This document shows, piece by piece, positions 1 through 11,090 of a stretch of 64,000 bases of DNA (its first letter is position 1; each line of letters opens with the position of its first letter). Under the pieces are notes generated by a model. The model was given only the letters and a program-made list of their open reading frames with translations, did not search any database and was not told the DNA's origin. The stretch comes from Gammaproteobacteria bacterium (GTDB lineage: Bacteria > Pseudomonadota > Gammaproteobacteria > UBA4575), in contig CBDCTA010000003.1 of assembly GCA_965221955.1 (NCBI GenBank), positions 1-64,000 of the forward strand, written 5' to 3'. The position numbers and the translations under genes are program-made.

Positions 1-1
1 C

Positions 2-3000
2 GTGGCGAGTGCAGATCTTGAATTAACTAAGCTGGTCGACAACGCAACTCCTAGTGTGGGCGCCAACGTCAACTTCACCGTCACCGTAAGCAACAACGGT
101 CCAAGTGGTGCGACCAATGTGGCGGTTCTGGATCAACTACCGGCTGGTTACACCTATGTGAGTGACACACCGAGTGTCGGTACCTACAACAGTGGTACCG
201 GCGTGTGGACCGTGGGTCCCTTAGCCAATGGTACGAATGAAAGCTTAGTGATTACCGCGATCGTGAATGCGGCCGGACCGTATGACAACGTTGCACAAGT
301 GAGTGCCAGTGATCAAGTCGACCCAGATAGTACACCGAACAACAATGTTGCGACCGAAGATGATCAAGGTAATGCATTGACCACACCGGTGGCTGGAAGC
401 GCTGTGAGTGTTGCAAAGCAATGTGTACCAGATACGATAGTTATTAATATGCCATCGGTGCTGACCATCACTTTGGGAAACACTAGTGTTGTGGACGCAA
501 CTTTAACTGCAGATTTACTAGATAATATGCCTGCAGGTATGAGTGCATTATCAATTAATGCTGCAACAACTTGCCCAGGAGCAATCGATATTAGTAGCCC
601 TAATATAGTTCGTTATCCTACGGGTTCAATTATTCCGGGTGGGGGTTGTGATATAGCAGTTGATGTGACTTCTACTTCTCAAGGAACAGCAACGAACACA
701 ATTCCTGTAGGGGCATTACAAACTAATTTAGGCAACAATTTATTACCAGCATCAGACGACTTAACAGTAATTGGTGATCCACTTGGGTTCTTCTATTGCG
801 AAGATACTGGGCGAGTTGTTCCTGGTGGTAGTGTAAATTTCTCAGCAGCGGGTGCAGGCATCGTCACGTTGCTGGAAGATGGTTCAAGTGGAAGATATCA
901 GGCCACCTTTAATGGAACAGATACTTACACAATGAATATCACTGTTCCGCCTGGAACCACATTAAGTACTACAAGACCTGTTGACCCTGCTAACTATGTG
1001 TCACCAGTTGCAGCACCTAACCCTACAATACTAGGAAGTGATGCAGCCGGTGGTTTCTTAAATGACTTTACTGTGGCAACAAACACACCATGGTTTGATG
1101 GTTTTGATTTTGTTGCTGGTGATCCGATCATTTTAAATAACAATATCCCATTAACAAACTGTGCTTCATTGGCAGCACCAGTGTTATTAACCAAAACGGC
1201 AAATCCTGGCCAAGTAGCTATTGGTGATGTTGTTCAGTACACATTGAATTTAGAAAATAATTCGAATTCACCTTTTTCAAATGTAGATGTGGTAGACCAT
1301 ATTCCTGGTGGCTTTAGTTATGTAGAAGATTCGGCATTGCTAATTATGGCCGGGCCAGATGCAACGCTAAATACAAGTGATGATGATGAAGTGGCTATAA
1401 CTGTTTCAGGTTCTGATCCAATTACTTTTGAAGATATTAATATAGCAGTTAACGAGTCTATACAAATTCGTTACTTATTAAGAGTCTCAACTGGTGTGGT
1501 TGAAGGCGAGTATGAGAATACTGCACAAGTGTTAGGCGCAGGTGCGGCAGCAATTAGTAATGTGGCGAGTGCTACCGTTAGTGTTGTACAAGATCCGATT
1601 CTGCAAAGGACGACTATCATCGGTAAAGTTTTCAATGATCGTGATGAAGATGGATGGCAAGACAGTGCACATGCGACAAAAGTAATCATTAAGAGCGAAC
1701 ATTTTGGTTGGGATGGTTATGAACTTGGTGCGGTATATGGACGGGGAAGTGAATTTGATTCAATAGAAGAAAATCAAGTTCAAGTGCGAATGCCGTTAGA
1801 TTTACAAAGTGACAATAGTTTTGTTATCGAAAGTGCTGAAGGAACGGTTATTAAAGTTGACCATGATGGCAATGTGGTTGAAGAACATGTTAATGAGAAA
1901 GCACAAGGCTTAACTGCACAAGAACTAGTTATTAGTAGTGAGCGTGATGGTGATGAATTAGTCATTACAATTACTAACCACGGTATACAAGAAGCTGGAA
2001 TACCTGGTGTACGTCTTGCAACCGTTGAAGGTTTGATAGTTGAAACGGATCAATATGGACGTTATCACCTAGCGGATATCGATGGTGGTCGTTGGGAACG
2101 TGGACGCAACTTTATTATTAAAGTAGATCCAGCAACTTTACCAGAAGGTAGCGTGTTCACTACCGAAAACCCACGTGTGCTGAGAATTACTCAAGCGTTA
2201 ATGAGTAAGTTCAATTTCGGCGTGAAGTTGCCTGCTCAAGATATCGAATTGATGAGCCGAGGTTATGGTGCGGCAAAACGTGTTGAGCGTGAAGTTGAAG
2301 TTGTAGAGACACGCGAAATTAAAGATGTGATTGATCCAATACATTTTGATTCAGGTCGTGCACTTATCACTAAGTACGCGTTGGAAACGTTACAAGCAGA
2401 AATTGATCGCTTAAAGGATAAAGAAAATGTTGTTGTTCGTGTTGTTGGTCATGCTGATAGTAGGCCTCTATCAGTAAAGACAAGACAGAAGTTTGGTGAT
2501 AACTATGGATTAGCAAGAGCGCGTGCAGAACAGGTTGCACAAATTTTGCAGAATGAGCTTCAATTAAGTGATGAGATGGTCTCTATCATTGAATATGGAG
2601 CCGATAGGCCTATCGCATCTAATGATGATGAAGAAGGTCGTGCTAAGAATCGTCGAACTGAGGTTGATGTAGTTTACAATGAACGTTATACCAAGACTGT
2701 TGTAGAAATTGATTACACACCAACACCGAAGCCAATTATAAAGCGCGAAGCAAAAATCCCTAATGGTGGAGCGATCTGGGCAGTCGAAGATCCGGCAACT
2801 ATGGATCCACGTTTGAATGCAATTGCACAAGGCGGGATCACTCTTGAGTATGGAAAAATTAAGAGTCCGGTTAACTTTACACTTTACAGTAATTATCTTG
2901 CATTTATCGATCGCTGGGAATTATCTATTTACGCGAGTAATGATCGTGACTTGATCAAACCAATTTCTGTGCTTGCTGGAAACAAGTTTGCCTTCACTGA

Positions 3001-6000
3001 CACGCTAGAGTGGCAAGCACAAACGTTAGATGAGAAGCACTTTAAAGCAGGCGAAAGTTTGTCATATGTATTGCGTGTGTTTGATAAGCAAGGGCGTATG
3101 GATGAAACAGTTCCGCGTGCATTAACCGTAACAGATGAGTTAGTCATAAAAGTAGCAAGACGCGAGTTAGAAGAGCAACAAGCTGAAGTCGCACTCGCAA
3201 GTTATGGTGAATCAAACTTGCTTCGCCAAACTATTCCATTAGCTGGATCACGCGTACGTGTAAACGGTGTAAATCTTGATGAAGATTACACAGTTACAGT
3301 TAATGGTGAGAAAGTTATCGTAGATGAAGAAGGTAAGTTTGTTTTAGAGCAACACTTGCCGATAGGTCAACACCAGATGCAGGTTGAAGTTACAAATGCT
3401 AATGGCCTTGATTTTGAACGTACGCTTGATGTGGATGTGACAGGCAAATATATGTTCATCGTTGGTTTAGCCAACTTAACGATTGGTGAAAATGATTTGT
3501 CTGGAAGTGTTGAGCCATTAGGTGATGATGATCACTTTGATGAAGAAGTCTGGGTAGATGGTCGTGTTGCTTTTTACTTGAAGGGTAAAGTTAAAGGTAA
3601 GTATTTAATTACTGCGCAATTAGATACAACCGAAGATGAATTACGTAACTTGGGTGATCGATTGGAAGAAGAAGACCCAACTGAAATCTTTAGGCGTCTA
3701 GATCCAGATCGTTATTACGCAGTTTACGGTGATGATTCTACGACGATTGATGATACGGATAGTCAGGGTGCGGTTTATTTACGCGTCGATTGGGACAAGA
3801 GTATAGCATTGTGGGGTAACTACAATACTGATCTTACCGGCACAGAGTTCGCACAATACAATCGCAGCTTATACGGAGCGAAGTTAGAACATCGTAACGT
3901 TGCTACAACTTCGTTTGGTGAGCACAAACATGAAGTGCATATATTTGGTAGTGAAGCACAAACCGCTGCTGCGCATAATGAATTTATTTCAACTGGTGGT
4001 TCGCTTTACTACTTGCGTGATACCGATGTGGTACAAGGTTCAGAAAAAGTTTGGGTTGAAGTACGTGCTAGGGACACAGAGCAGTTAGTAGAGACCTTTA
4101 CACTGGAACATGGGCGTGACTTTGATATTGATTACATTCAAGGTCGCATCATTCTTACCCGCCCATTAACGCAGTTTGATTTGGGATCTGGTCCCTCGAT
4201 TATTCGTGACACACCTCTAGATGGCAATGATGTGTACTTACTAGTGGATTATGAATATAGACCAGATGTCTTTAGTGCAAATGACATCACAACGGGTGCG
4301 CGTGGTAAAGCTTGGCTGAATGAATACCTTGCATTGGGGGGAACCTATGTGGACGAAAAGCGCGATGGTGTGGATTATGAACTGAAAGGTACGGATATAA
4401 CCTTACGCGCAGGTAAAGGTACCTACTTAAGACTTGAATATGCTGAATCAGATTCACAGCAAGCAAGTAATAACTTTATTTCTGCCAATGGTGGAATAAG
4501 TTTTACAAAACAAAACACTTTGGCTGCTAATAGTGATGGTGAGGCAAAAGGTATTGAAGCGCGCGTGAACTTTGCTGAGCTAAGTGATCAAGAAGGTTAC
4601 ATCATGGGTTGGTGGAAAGATCGTGATGCAGGATTCTCATCTACCGCACGGTTAGATGATGGTATTGAAACCATCGATACAGGTATCGAAGCGAGTTGGC
4701 AAGCTTCGGACCGCTTAGTATTGAGTGCACGTGCAACGAGTCTTGATAAGAAAACTGAAAGTGAATTCTCAACGGTGAGTATGCAAGGTAACTACGAAGT
4801 GAGTGACAGATTAAGTGTAGGTTTAGAGCTGCGTCATGAAGATGAAAAAGACGATATTTTAAATACTGATGGTGAGGCAAATTTAGCAGGCGCAGAAATA
4901 CGTTATGACTTGAATGAGCATACTGAAATTTATACCAGTGGCCAATTTGTAATTAATGACAAGGGCGATTATGAAAGCAATGCGTTGGGAGCTGTAGGTA
5001 TTGAAAAACAAGTCAGTGAGCGACTAGCACTTAAGACTGAACTTACAACAGGTGATCGTGGTGATGCCGTGGTACTAGGTATGGAATATGACGTTACACC
5101 GAATTTAAATATTAGTTTAGATGCTGGCTTTGGAAGTGGTGGTACTAGTCAAATAGGAACCAATTACACAACCGCAAATGGCTTGGAACTTTATGGTAGT
5201 TATGCTACGGATCCAGATCGTACGGATAGTGGTGAGGAAATTTTCACCCTTGGTTCACGTAAAAATTATGGTAATGGGCTCTCTATATATAGTGAGAATC
5301 AGTTTGGTGAAGGTGAAGATCAACAAAGTATTGCGCGCACATACGGACTGGATTTTGATCTTACAGATGAGTGGCGATTGTCTGCATCAGTACAAAAGAA
5401 TGATATTGAAGATGATTTAGGAGATATCGATAGACGAGCAGCAACTTTGGGAGCATCTTTCAAGGGTGATGATCTTAAATTTGGGTCAGTGCTTGAATAC
5501 CGTGAAGATAACAACAATCAAACTGAAGAAGATGCGACACAATGGATCACTTCTAACACAATCGAATGGCAACAAAGCGAAAGTCTGCGATGGTTAGGTA
5601 AAGTTGAATTATCAACAACTCATAGTAATGCGAATAAGAGTGATGAAGCTAAATATGCTGAACTTGATTTAGGCTTTGCTTACCGCCCTGCATTTAATGA
5701 TCGACTTAATATTTTAGGTAAGTATACGTTTATTTATGATCTTGCGAGCAGTGGTCAGGATACTTCGCTAGCAGATCAACGAAGTCATATTTTTGCAGTG
5801 GAAGGTATTTATGACCTCACTAAGAAATGGGAAGTCGGAGCAAAAGTGGCTCACAAGACAGGTGATACACGTATTTCTCGTGGCGAAGGTGCATGGTTTG
5901 AAACCGGTGCACATTTAGCGGTTGCGCGTGCACGTTATCACATGCTGAAAAAATGGGATGCATTGTTTGAATATCGTTGGTTAGAAACAGAAGAGCGTGA

Positions 6001-6157
6001 TGACAGTAAAGACGGCGCATTACTTGGTGTCTACCGTCATGTGGGCAAACATATGAAAGTCGGTGCAGGATATAACTTTACTGACTTTGATGATGATCTG
6101 ACTGATAACGACTATGACTCGAATGGTTGGTTCTTTGATATCACTGGAAAATACTAG
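2..6157 (+). CDS. Giant DUF11-repeat / OmpA-like domain outer-membrane protein with C-terminal beta-barrel (5' truncated by window)
   Basis: Open frame from window start. DUF11-type repeats (ADLELTK..VTVSNNGPSGATNVAVLDQLP; LLTKTANP..VQYTLNLEN), SdrD-B-like DRDEDGWQD/GIPGVRL, OmpA-C motif (IHFDSG..VGHADS..RAEQV..NRRTEV), amphipathic beta strands ending in aromatic residue (FFDITGKY). Confidence 0.85.
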   Translation: MASADLELTKLVDNATPSVGANVNFTVTVSNNGPSGATNVAVLDQLPAGYTYVSDTPSVGTYNSGTGVWTVGPLANGTNESLVITAIVNAAGPYDNVAQVSASDQVDPDSTPNNNVATEDDQGNALTTPVAGSAVSVAKQCVPDTIVINMPSVLTITLGNTSVVDATLTADLLDNMPAGMSALSINAATTCPGAIDISSPNIVRYPTGSIIPGGGCDIAVDVTSTSQGTATNTIPVGALQTNLGNNLLPASDDLTVIGDPLGFFYCEDTGRVVPGGSVNFSAAGAGIVTLLEDGSSGRYQATFNGTDTYTMNITVPPGTTLSTTRPVDPANYVSPVAAPNPTILGSDAAGGFLNDFTVATNTPWFDGFDFVAGDPIILNNNIPLTNCASLAAPVLLTKTANPGQVAIGDVVQYTLNLENNSNSPFSNVDVVDHIPGGFSYVEDSALLIMAGPDATLNTSDDDEVAITVSGSDPITFEDINIAVNESIQIRYLLRVSTGVVEGEYENTAQVLGAGAAAISNVASATVSVVQDPILQRTTIIGKVFNDRDEDGWQDSAHATKVIIKSEHFGWDGYELGAVYGRGSEFDSIEENQVQVRMPLDLQSDNSFVIESAEGTVIKVDHDGNVVEEHVNEKAQGLTAQELVISSERDGDELVITITNHGIQEAGIPGVRLATVEGLIVETDQYGRYHLADIDGGRWERGRNFIIKVDPATLPEGSVFTTENPRVLRITQALMSKFNFGVKLPAQDIELMSRGYGAAKRVEREVEVVETREIKDVIDPIHFDSGRALITKYALETLQAEIDRLKDKENVVVRVVGHADSRPLSVKTRQKFGDNYGLARARAEQVAQILQNELQLSDEMVSIIEYGADRPIASNDDEEGRAKNRRTEVDVVYNERYTKTVVEIDYTPTPKPIIKREAKIPNGGAIWAVEDPATMDPRLNAIAQGGITLEYGKIKSPVNFTLYSNYLAFIDRWELSIYASNDRDLIKPISVLAGNKFAFTDTLEWQAQTLDEKHFKAGESLSYVLRVFDKQGRMDETVPRALTVTDELVIKVARRELEEQQAEVALASYGESNLLRQTIPLAGSRVRVNGVNLDEDYTVTVNGEKVIVDEEGKFVLEQHLPIGQHQMQVEVTNANGLDFERTLDVDVTGKYMFIVGLANLTIGENDLSGSVEPLGDDDHFDEEVWVDGRVAFYLKGKVKGKYLITAQLDTTEDELRNLGDRLEEEDPTEIFRRLDPDRYYAVYGDDSTTIDDTDSQGAVYLRVDWDKSIALWGNYNTDLTGTEFAQYNRSLYGAKLEHRNVATTSFGEHKHEVHIFGSEAQTAAAHNEFISTGGSLYYLRDTDVVQGSEKVWVEVRARDTEQLVETFTLEHGRDFDIDYIQGRIILTRPLTQFDLGSGPSIIRDTPLDGNDVYLLVDYEYRPDVFSANDITTGARGKAWLNEYLALGGTYVDEKRDGVDYELKGTDITLRAGKGTYLRLEYAESDSQQASNNFISANGGISFTKQNTLAANSDGEAKGIEARVNFAELSDQEGYIMGWWKDRDAGFSSTARLDDGIETIDTGIEASWQASDRLVLSARATSLDKKTESEFSTVSMQGNYEVSDRLSVGLELRHEDEKDDILNTDGEANLAGAEIRYDLNEHTEIYTSGQFVINDKGDYESNALGAVGIEKQVSERLALKTELTTGDRGDAVVLGMEYDVTPNLNISLDAGFGSGGTSQIGTNYTTANGLELYGSYATDPDRTDSGEEIFTLGSRKNYGNGLSIYSENQFGEGEDQQSIARTYGLDFDLTDEWRLSASVQKNDIEDDLGDIDRRAATLGASFKGDDLKFGSVLEYREDNNNQTEEDATQWITSNTIEWQQSESLRWLGKVELSTTHSNANKSDEAKYAELDLGFAYRPAFNDRLNILGKYTFIYDLASSGQDTSLADQRSHIFAVEGIYDLTKKWEVGAKVAHKTGDTRISRGEGAWFETGAHLAVARARYHMLKKWDALFEYRWLETEERDDSKDGALLGVYRHVGKHMKVGAGYNFTDFDDDLTDNDYDSNGWFFDITGKY

Positions 6158-6166
6158 GGACTTAAT

Positions 6167-8827
6167 GTGAAAGAAATTGGAATAAATAAAAATTTTACGA
6201 TTTTACTTTTGGCGCTAATAGTATTGCCAGTCAATGTTTTTTCAGCAGCATTAGATTGGGATGTGAACACATGGCCTGCTCCTGTAGGAGGCGTTCCAAC
6301 CCTAACACAAACTTATACAATTGGCGGTGGTGATGTCATAGTGACAATTGCGGGAGACACTGGGGCTTTAACAACAACTGCCACGGGTACTGCAGCTTCT
6401 CCACAAACCAATACACGAAATACTGGTGGAATTGTTCCGGCTGAAAACAGTTTATTGCTACGAATGGACTTTCCTGAGGGTACACCTGCCGTCAATGAAC
6501 AAGAAGTAACCGTAACGTACACCTTTACACATCCTGGTGGTGTAAATATTCCTCAATTCCAAGTTTTTGATGTTGACACTTCTAGTTCAAATCAATTTAC
6601 AGATGTTGTGATTGCAACAGGGGTTTTAGCAACAGGTGGAAACATAAATCCTACATCTATTGTCAGTGGCACTGCTAACACTAATGATGGAATAAATACA
6701 GCAACTGGAACGGGTGCATCTGGGGGAACTTCAGGTGCAGGGAATGTCACATTTGGTTTTGGTCAAAGTGGTGTGAGTTCGTTTACTTTCACATATAGAA
6801 ATAATGCACCCAATACAGCTGGCTCCCATCTTCAAGCAGCATCTATTCATGACATCAGCTTTTTTGTAGCTCCAACAGTTAATAAAGTTTTTAGTCCTAA
6901 TGTAATTACAAGCGGAGACGTGAGTACATTAACGCTTACACTGGGCAATAATGAAGCCACTCAAGCGACATTAAGCTCCGATCTTATAGACACTTTTCCA
7001 GCAGGCGTTAGCGTTGCTTCTCCAGTGAATATTGGAGGGACATGCCCAGGAACTGTAAATGCATCAGCTGGAGGAAATACGGTCACTTATGCTAGTGGTT
7101 CAATCATTCCAGTCGGTAATTGCACAATTACCATTGATGTAACCTCAAATTCACCAGGTTCTTATACAAATACAATTGATATTGGAGACTTGCAGACGAA
7201 CTTTGGAAATAACACGGTTGCAACTAGTGACAACTTAACGGTAAATGCCATTGCAGCTCCTGCATTAACCAAAACTTTCAGTCCGAATCCGATTAGCGTT
7301 AATGGGTTGAGTACATTAACCATCGCATTAAGTAACACTAATACTTATGCAGCAACATTATTATCTGCTTTAGTAGACACTTTACCTACTGCAGGAAATG
7401 GAGATGTAGTAGTAGCTGCTACACCAAATATTGGTGGAACGTGTAATAGTGCAAATGTAACTGCAGCTCCAGGCGCAACTTCAATAACCTATGCTAGTGG
7501 CGCAACAATTCCATCAGGGGGTTGTACCATCACAGTTGATGTGACGTCAGCAACAGCAGGAACCCATACCAATACAATTCCTGTGGGAGCACTGCAAACT
7601 GATTTGGGCAATAACCCTAGTGCAGCATCAGATACTTTAACGGTCAATTTAACTTCACCCCCAACTGTTGCAAAATCTTTTGCTCCGAGCACGATTTCTG
7701 CGGGCGGCTCTAGTCAATTAACCATTACTTTAGGAAATATAAATGCAAGTGCGATAACGTTATTAGCAAACATGGATGACAATTTACCAACTGGAGTCAC
7801 AGCCACTTCTGTTGATACAGTGGCCACAACTTGTGTGGATGCATCAGTTGATATTAGTAACAATGCACGTGTGCGCTATATAAGTGGAGCATCCATTCCT
7901 TCAGGTGGTTGTAATATTGTGGTGAATGTAACATCAAATACGCTGGGAACAGTGACGAATACAATTGCTGCTGGAGCATTACAAACGGATGTTGGAAGTA
8001 ATGCTAGTTCCGCAAGTGATAATTTAACAGTGAATGCAGGTGGTGGTTCAGCAAGTTGTCCTTCGGGTCAGACATTATCTACTGCAAGCCCTAATCCCAG
8101 TTATGCAAGTGCGCAAACTAATGTTGGTGTAACCAACCCAAATAACGCACTTGGTGTTTATAGTGGTGCAGGGTCAGCTGCAAATAGTACTAATTCAGCA
8201 AATCTACGGAATAACGACATACTACGATTAGAGTTTGCAGATACACTAGCTCAAAACTCGTCTGTAATTTTATCTTTAGCTAGAGATAGAAATGGTGGGC
8301 TTGTAAATATTGCATTCTCTGATGATGGAATTAATGAAGATGTTTCAGTAGGCACATTTGGGAGTGGAGGATCACTAGGTGGTGGAACAGTTGATGTCTT
8401 GACTCATTTAGCACTCACAGTACCTGGTGATGGATTCCGTTTTTTAATTATACGTAGAATAAGTAACCGTAATTGGGTGGACGGTGCAAGCTACGACCAA
8501 ATTTGTGTTACACCCCCTACCGCAGATTTGAGCATTACTAAAGACGATAGCAGTTTGACCTACACGCCAGGAGGCACAGGTACATACACTATAGTGGTTA
8601 CCAATAACGGACCTGATGATGTAATTGGAGCAACGATAGCGGATAATTTACCAAATGGCGTGTCGATGACCGCGCCATGGACGTGCACACCCTCATCAGG
8701 TAGCTCTAGTTGTAATACTGCGCCGAGTACGACGGATCCAATTTCTATCGATGTGGACATCATTAACGGGGATTCGATAACAGTGACGGTACCGGTTCAG
8801 TTTTCTTCAGATATGAGTGATTACTAG
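6167..8827 (+). CDS. Secreted DUF11/Ig-like repeat protein (putative adhesin or fibre subunit)
   Basis: GTG start 9 bp after upstream stop, signal peptide, three ~130-aa Ig-like repeats (TKxFxP..LTxxLGN..TC..C..TNTI..LQT) and C-terminal DUF11 (ADLSITK..YTIVVTNNGP). Confidence 0.8.
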   Translation: MKEIGINKNFTILLLALIVLPVNVFSAALDWDVNTWPAPVGGVPTLTQTYTIGGGDVIVTIAGDTGALTTTATGTAASPQTNTRNTGGIVPAENSLLLRMDFPEGTPAVNEQEVTVTYTFTHPGGVNIPQFQVFDVDTSSSNQFTDVVIATGVLATGGNINPTSIVSGTANTNDGINTATGTGASGGTSGAGNVTFGFGQSGVSSFTFTYRNNAPNTAGSHLQAASIHDISFFVAPTVNKVFSPNVITSGDVSTLTLTLGNNEATQATLSSDLIDTFPAGVSVASPVNIGGTCPGTVNASAGGNTVTYASGSIIPVGNCTITIDVTSNSPGSYTNTIDIGDLQTNFGNNTVATSDNLTVNAIAAPALTKTFSPNPISVNGLSTLTIALSNTNTYAATLLSALVDTLPTAGNGDVVVAATPNIGGTCNSANVTAAPGATSITYASGATIPSGGCTITVDVTSATAGTHTNTIPVGALQTDLGNNPSAASDTLTVNLTSPPTVAKSFAPSTISAGGSSQLTITLGNINASAITLLANMDDNLPTGVTATSVDTVATTCVDASVDISNNARVRYISGASIPSGGCNIVVNVTSNTLGTVTNTIAAGALQTDVGSNASSASDNLTVNAGGGSASCPSGQTLSTASPNPSYASAQTNVGVTNPNNALGVYSGAGSAANSTNSANLRNNDILRLEFADTLAQNSSVILSLARDRNGGLVNIAFSDDGINEDVSVGTFGSGGSLGGGTVDVLTHLALTVPGDGFRFLIIRRISNRNWVDGASYDQICVTPPTADLSITKDDSSLTYTPGGTGTYTIVVTNNGPDDVIGATIADNLPNGVSMTAPWTCTPSSGSSSCNTAPSTTDPISIDVDIINGDSITVTVPVQFSSDMSDY

Positions 8828-8923
8828 TAGGCTACCAATCAATATTTGAGTAAATTTTACCCATTTTGTGTTGTTGCCCTAGCAAGCCTTCTATTTCACA
8901 ATAGCGACAGTTCGTTGTAGCGA

Positions 8924-8953
8924 AGGGCTCTGTAAGAAACAGGGCTCTTTTTC
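8924..8953 (+). terminator. Probable intrinsic terminator after the DUF11 operon
   Basis: AGGGCTCTGT-aagaa-ACAGGGCTCT stem (with G-U pairs) followed by T tract. Confidence 0.55.
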
Positions 8954-9037
8954 TATATAAATCTAATAAAAATAACTAGATAGCGGCTACTGGTCTCATA
9001 CCCTTGGCCCTAAACATATATATAAGTATAAATCCTC

Positions 9038-11035
9038 ATGGAGAATCGTCGAGAACTCGCCAATGCGATTAGAGCATTGAGTATGGATGCCGTACAGCAG
9101 GCCAATTCCGGTCATCCAGGGATGCCTATGGGCATGGCAGATATTGCTGAAGTGCTATGGAATGATTTTCTACAGCACAATCCAAAAAACCCAGCATGGT
9201 CAAATCGCGATCGTTTTGTGGTTTCCAATGGGCATGGATCGATGTTGCTGTATTCGCTTTTGCATTTGTCTGGCTATGATCTTTCCATCCAAGACTTAAA
9301 AGATTTTCGTCAATTACATTCTAAAACACCCGGGCATCCTGAATATGGGGATACTCCTGGAGTTGAGACCACAACAGGTCCACTAGGGCAAGGCATCAGT
9401 AATGCAGTGGGTATGGCCATTGCTGAAAAAATGCTTGCTTCACAGTTTAATCAAGATGAATTAAATATTGTAGATCATTTCACCTATGTATTTGCGGGTG
9501 ACGGTTGTTTGATGGAAGGGATTTCCCATGAAGTATGTTCATTAGCAGGTACTTTGGAGCTTGGAAAATTGATTGTTTTCTATGATGACAATGGAATTTC
9601 TATTGATGGTGAAATTGAAGGATGGTTTACCGATGACACGCCAAAGCGTTTTCGTTCTTATGGATGGGATGTGATTGAAAGTGTTGATGGTCATGATTCA
9701 GCACAAATCAAAAGTGCAATTGGACAGGCCAAATCAGAAGAAAATAAACCTACATTAATTTGTTGTAAAACGATTATTGGTTGGGGTGCACCGAATAAAC
9801 AAGGAACAGCCGATACACATGGTGCACCATTAGGTGATGATGAAATTAAACAGACGCGTGAAAAAATAAATTGGCAACATGCTGCATTTGATATTCCAGA
9901 TACTATTTATAATGCGTGGAGTGCGACAGAAAAAGGCGCATCACTAGAAGCACAGTGGCAAGAACGCTTTGATGAATATAAATCTAAACACCCACAACTT
10001 GCTGCAGAATATGAAAGGCGTATCGCGGGTAAGTTAATTGATAGTTGGCAAACGGATGCACAGCAAGTTATTCAAACAGCCGTTGAAGAACAGAAAACAG
10101 TTGCAACTCGAAAAGCCTCAGAATTAGCGCTTGATGGTTTTGCAAAGTTGTTGCCAGAGATTGTGGGGGGGTCTGCAGATTTAACGCCTTCAAATAATAC
10201 TTGGTGGTCTGGTTCTAAAGATCTGAGCTCAAAAAACGGAGCAGGCAATTACATCCGTTATGGTGTACGCGAATTTGGAATGTCAGCAATCAATTCAGGG
10301 ATTGCATTGCATGGTGGCTTTATTCCATACAGCGCAACGTTTTTAGTTTTTTCAGATTACGCTCGTAATGCTCTACGTATGGCTGCATTAATGAAGTTGC
10401 GTAATATCTTTATTTTTACTCATGACTCAATTGGCTTAGGTGAGGACGGACCTACACACCAAGCGGTAGAACAAACTTCTACTCTGCGCATGATTCCAAA
10501 CATGTCTGTGTGGCGTACGGCTGACACGGTAGAGTCGACTGTGGCTTGGAAGCATGCAATTGAACGTGAGGATGGCCCGACTAGTTTAGTATTTTCTCGA
10601 CAGAACTTACCCTTTATTGAGCGCACTAATGATCAAGTAGATGCTGTAGCTAAAGGTGGTTATGTATTATTTGATAGTGAGCAAGATCCGGAGCTTATTT
10701 TAATAGCTGCGGGATCAGAAGTAGGTATTACATTAAGTGCAGCGAAACAATTATCCCAGCTAGGTAACCAAGTCAGGGTGGTTTCTATGCCATCAACAGA
10801 TGTGTTTGATGAGCAAGATGATGAGTATAAAGAATCTGTATTACCTACAGCTGTGACAAACCGTCTAGCGATCGAGGCGGGGGTGTCCGATTACTGGTTC
10901 AAATACGTTGGTTTACAAGGGCGAGTGATTGGGATGGACACCTTTGGTGCTTCTGCGCCTGGGAATGTAGTGATGCAGTATTTTGGATTTAGTGAAGCAA
11001 ATATCGTTATGCATGCAAATGAAATGCTAGGGTAA
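9038..11035 (+). CDS. tkt: Transketolase
   Basis: [20 protein letters not shown] motif, [15 protein letters not shown]. Confidence 0.98.
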   Translation: MENRRELANAIRALSMDAVQQANSGHPGMPMGMADIAEVLWNDFLQHNPKNPAWSNRDRFVVSNGHGSMLLYSLLHLSGYDLSIQDLKDFRQLHSKTPGHPEYGDTPGVETTTGPLGQGISNAVGMAIAEKMLASQFNQDELNIVDHFTYVFAGDGCLMEGISHEVCSLAGTLELGKLIVFYDDNGISIDGEIEGWFTDDTPKRFRSYGWDVIESVDGHDSAQIKSAIGQAKSEENKPTLICCKTIIGWGAPNKQGTADTHGAPLGDDEIKQTREKINWQHAAFDIPDTIYNAWSATEKGASLEAQWQERFDEYKSKHPQLAAEYERRIAGKLIDSWQTDAQQVIQTAVEEQKTVATRKASELALDGFAKLLPEIVGGSADLTPSNNTWWSGSKDLSSKNGAGNYIRYGVREFGMSAINSGIALHGGFIPYSATFLVFSDYARNALRMAALMKLRNIFIFTHDSIGLGEDGPTHQAVEQTSTLRMIPNMSVWRTADTVESTVAWKHAIEREDGPTSLVFSRQNLPFIERTNDQVDAVAKGGYVLFDSEQDPELILIAAGSEVGITLSAAKQLSQLGNQVRVVSMPSTDVFDEQDDEYKESVLPTAVTNRLAIEAGVSDYWFKYVGLQGRVIGMDTFGASAPGNVVMQYFGFSEANIVMHANEMLG

Positions 11036-11090
11036 AACTAAACTTAAAAATTAATTAATATATTAAAGAGATAAAGTACGGAGAAAGGAA

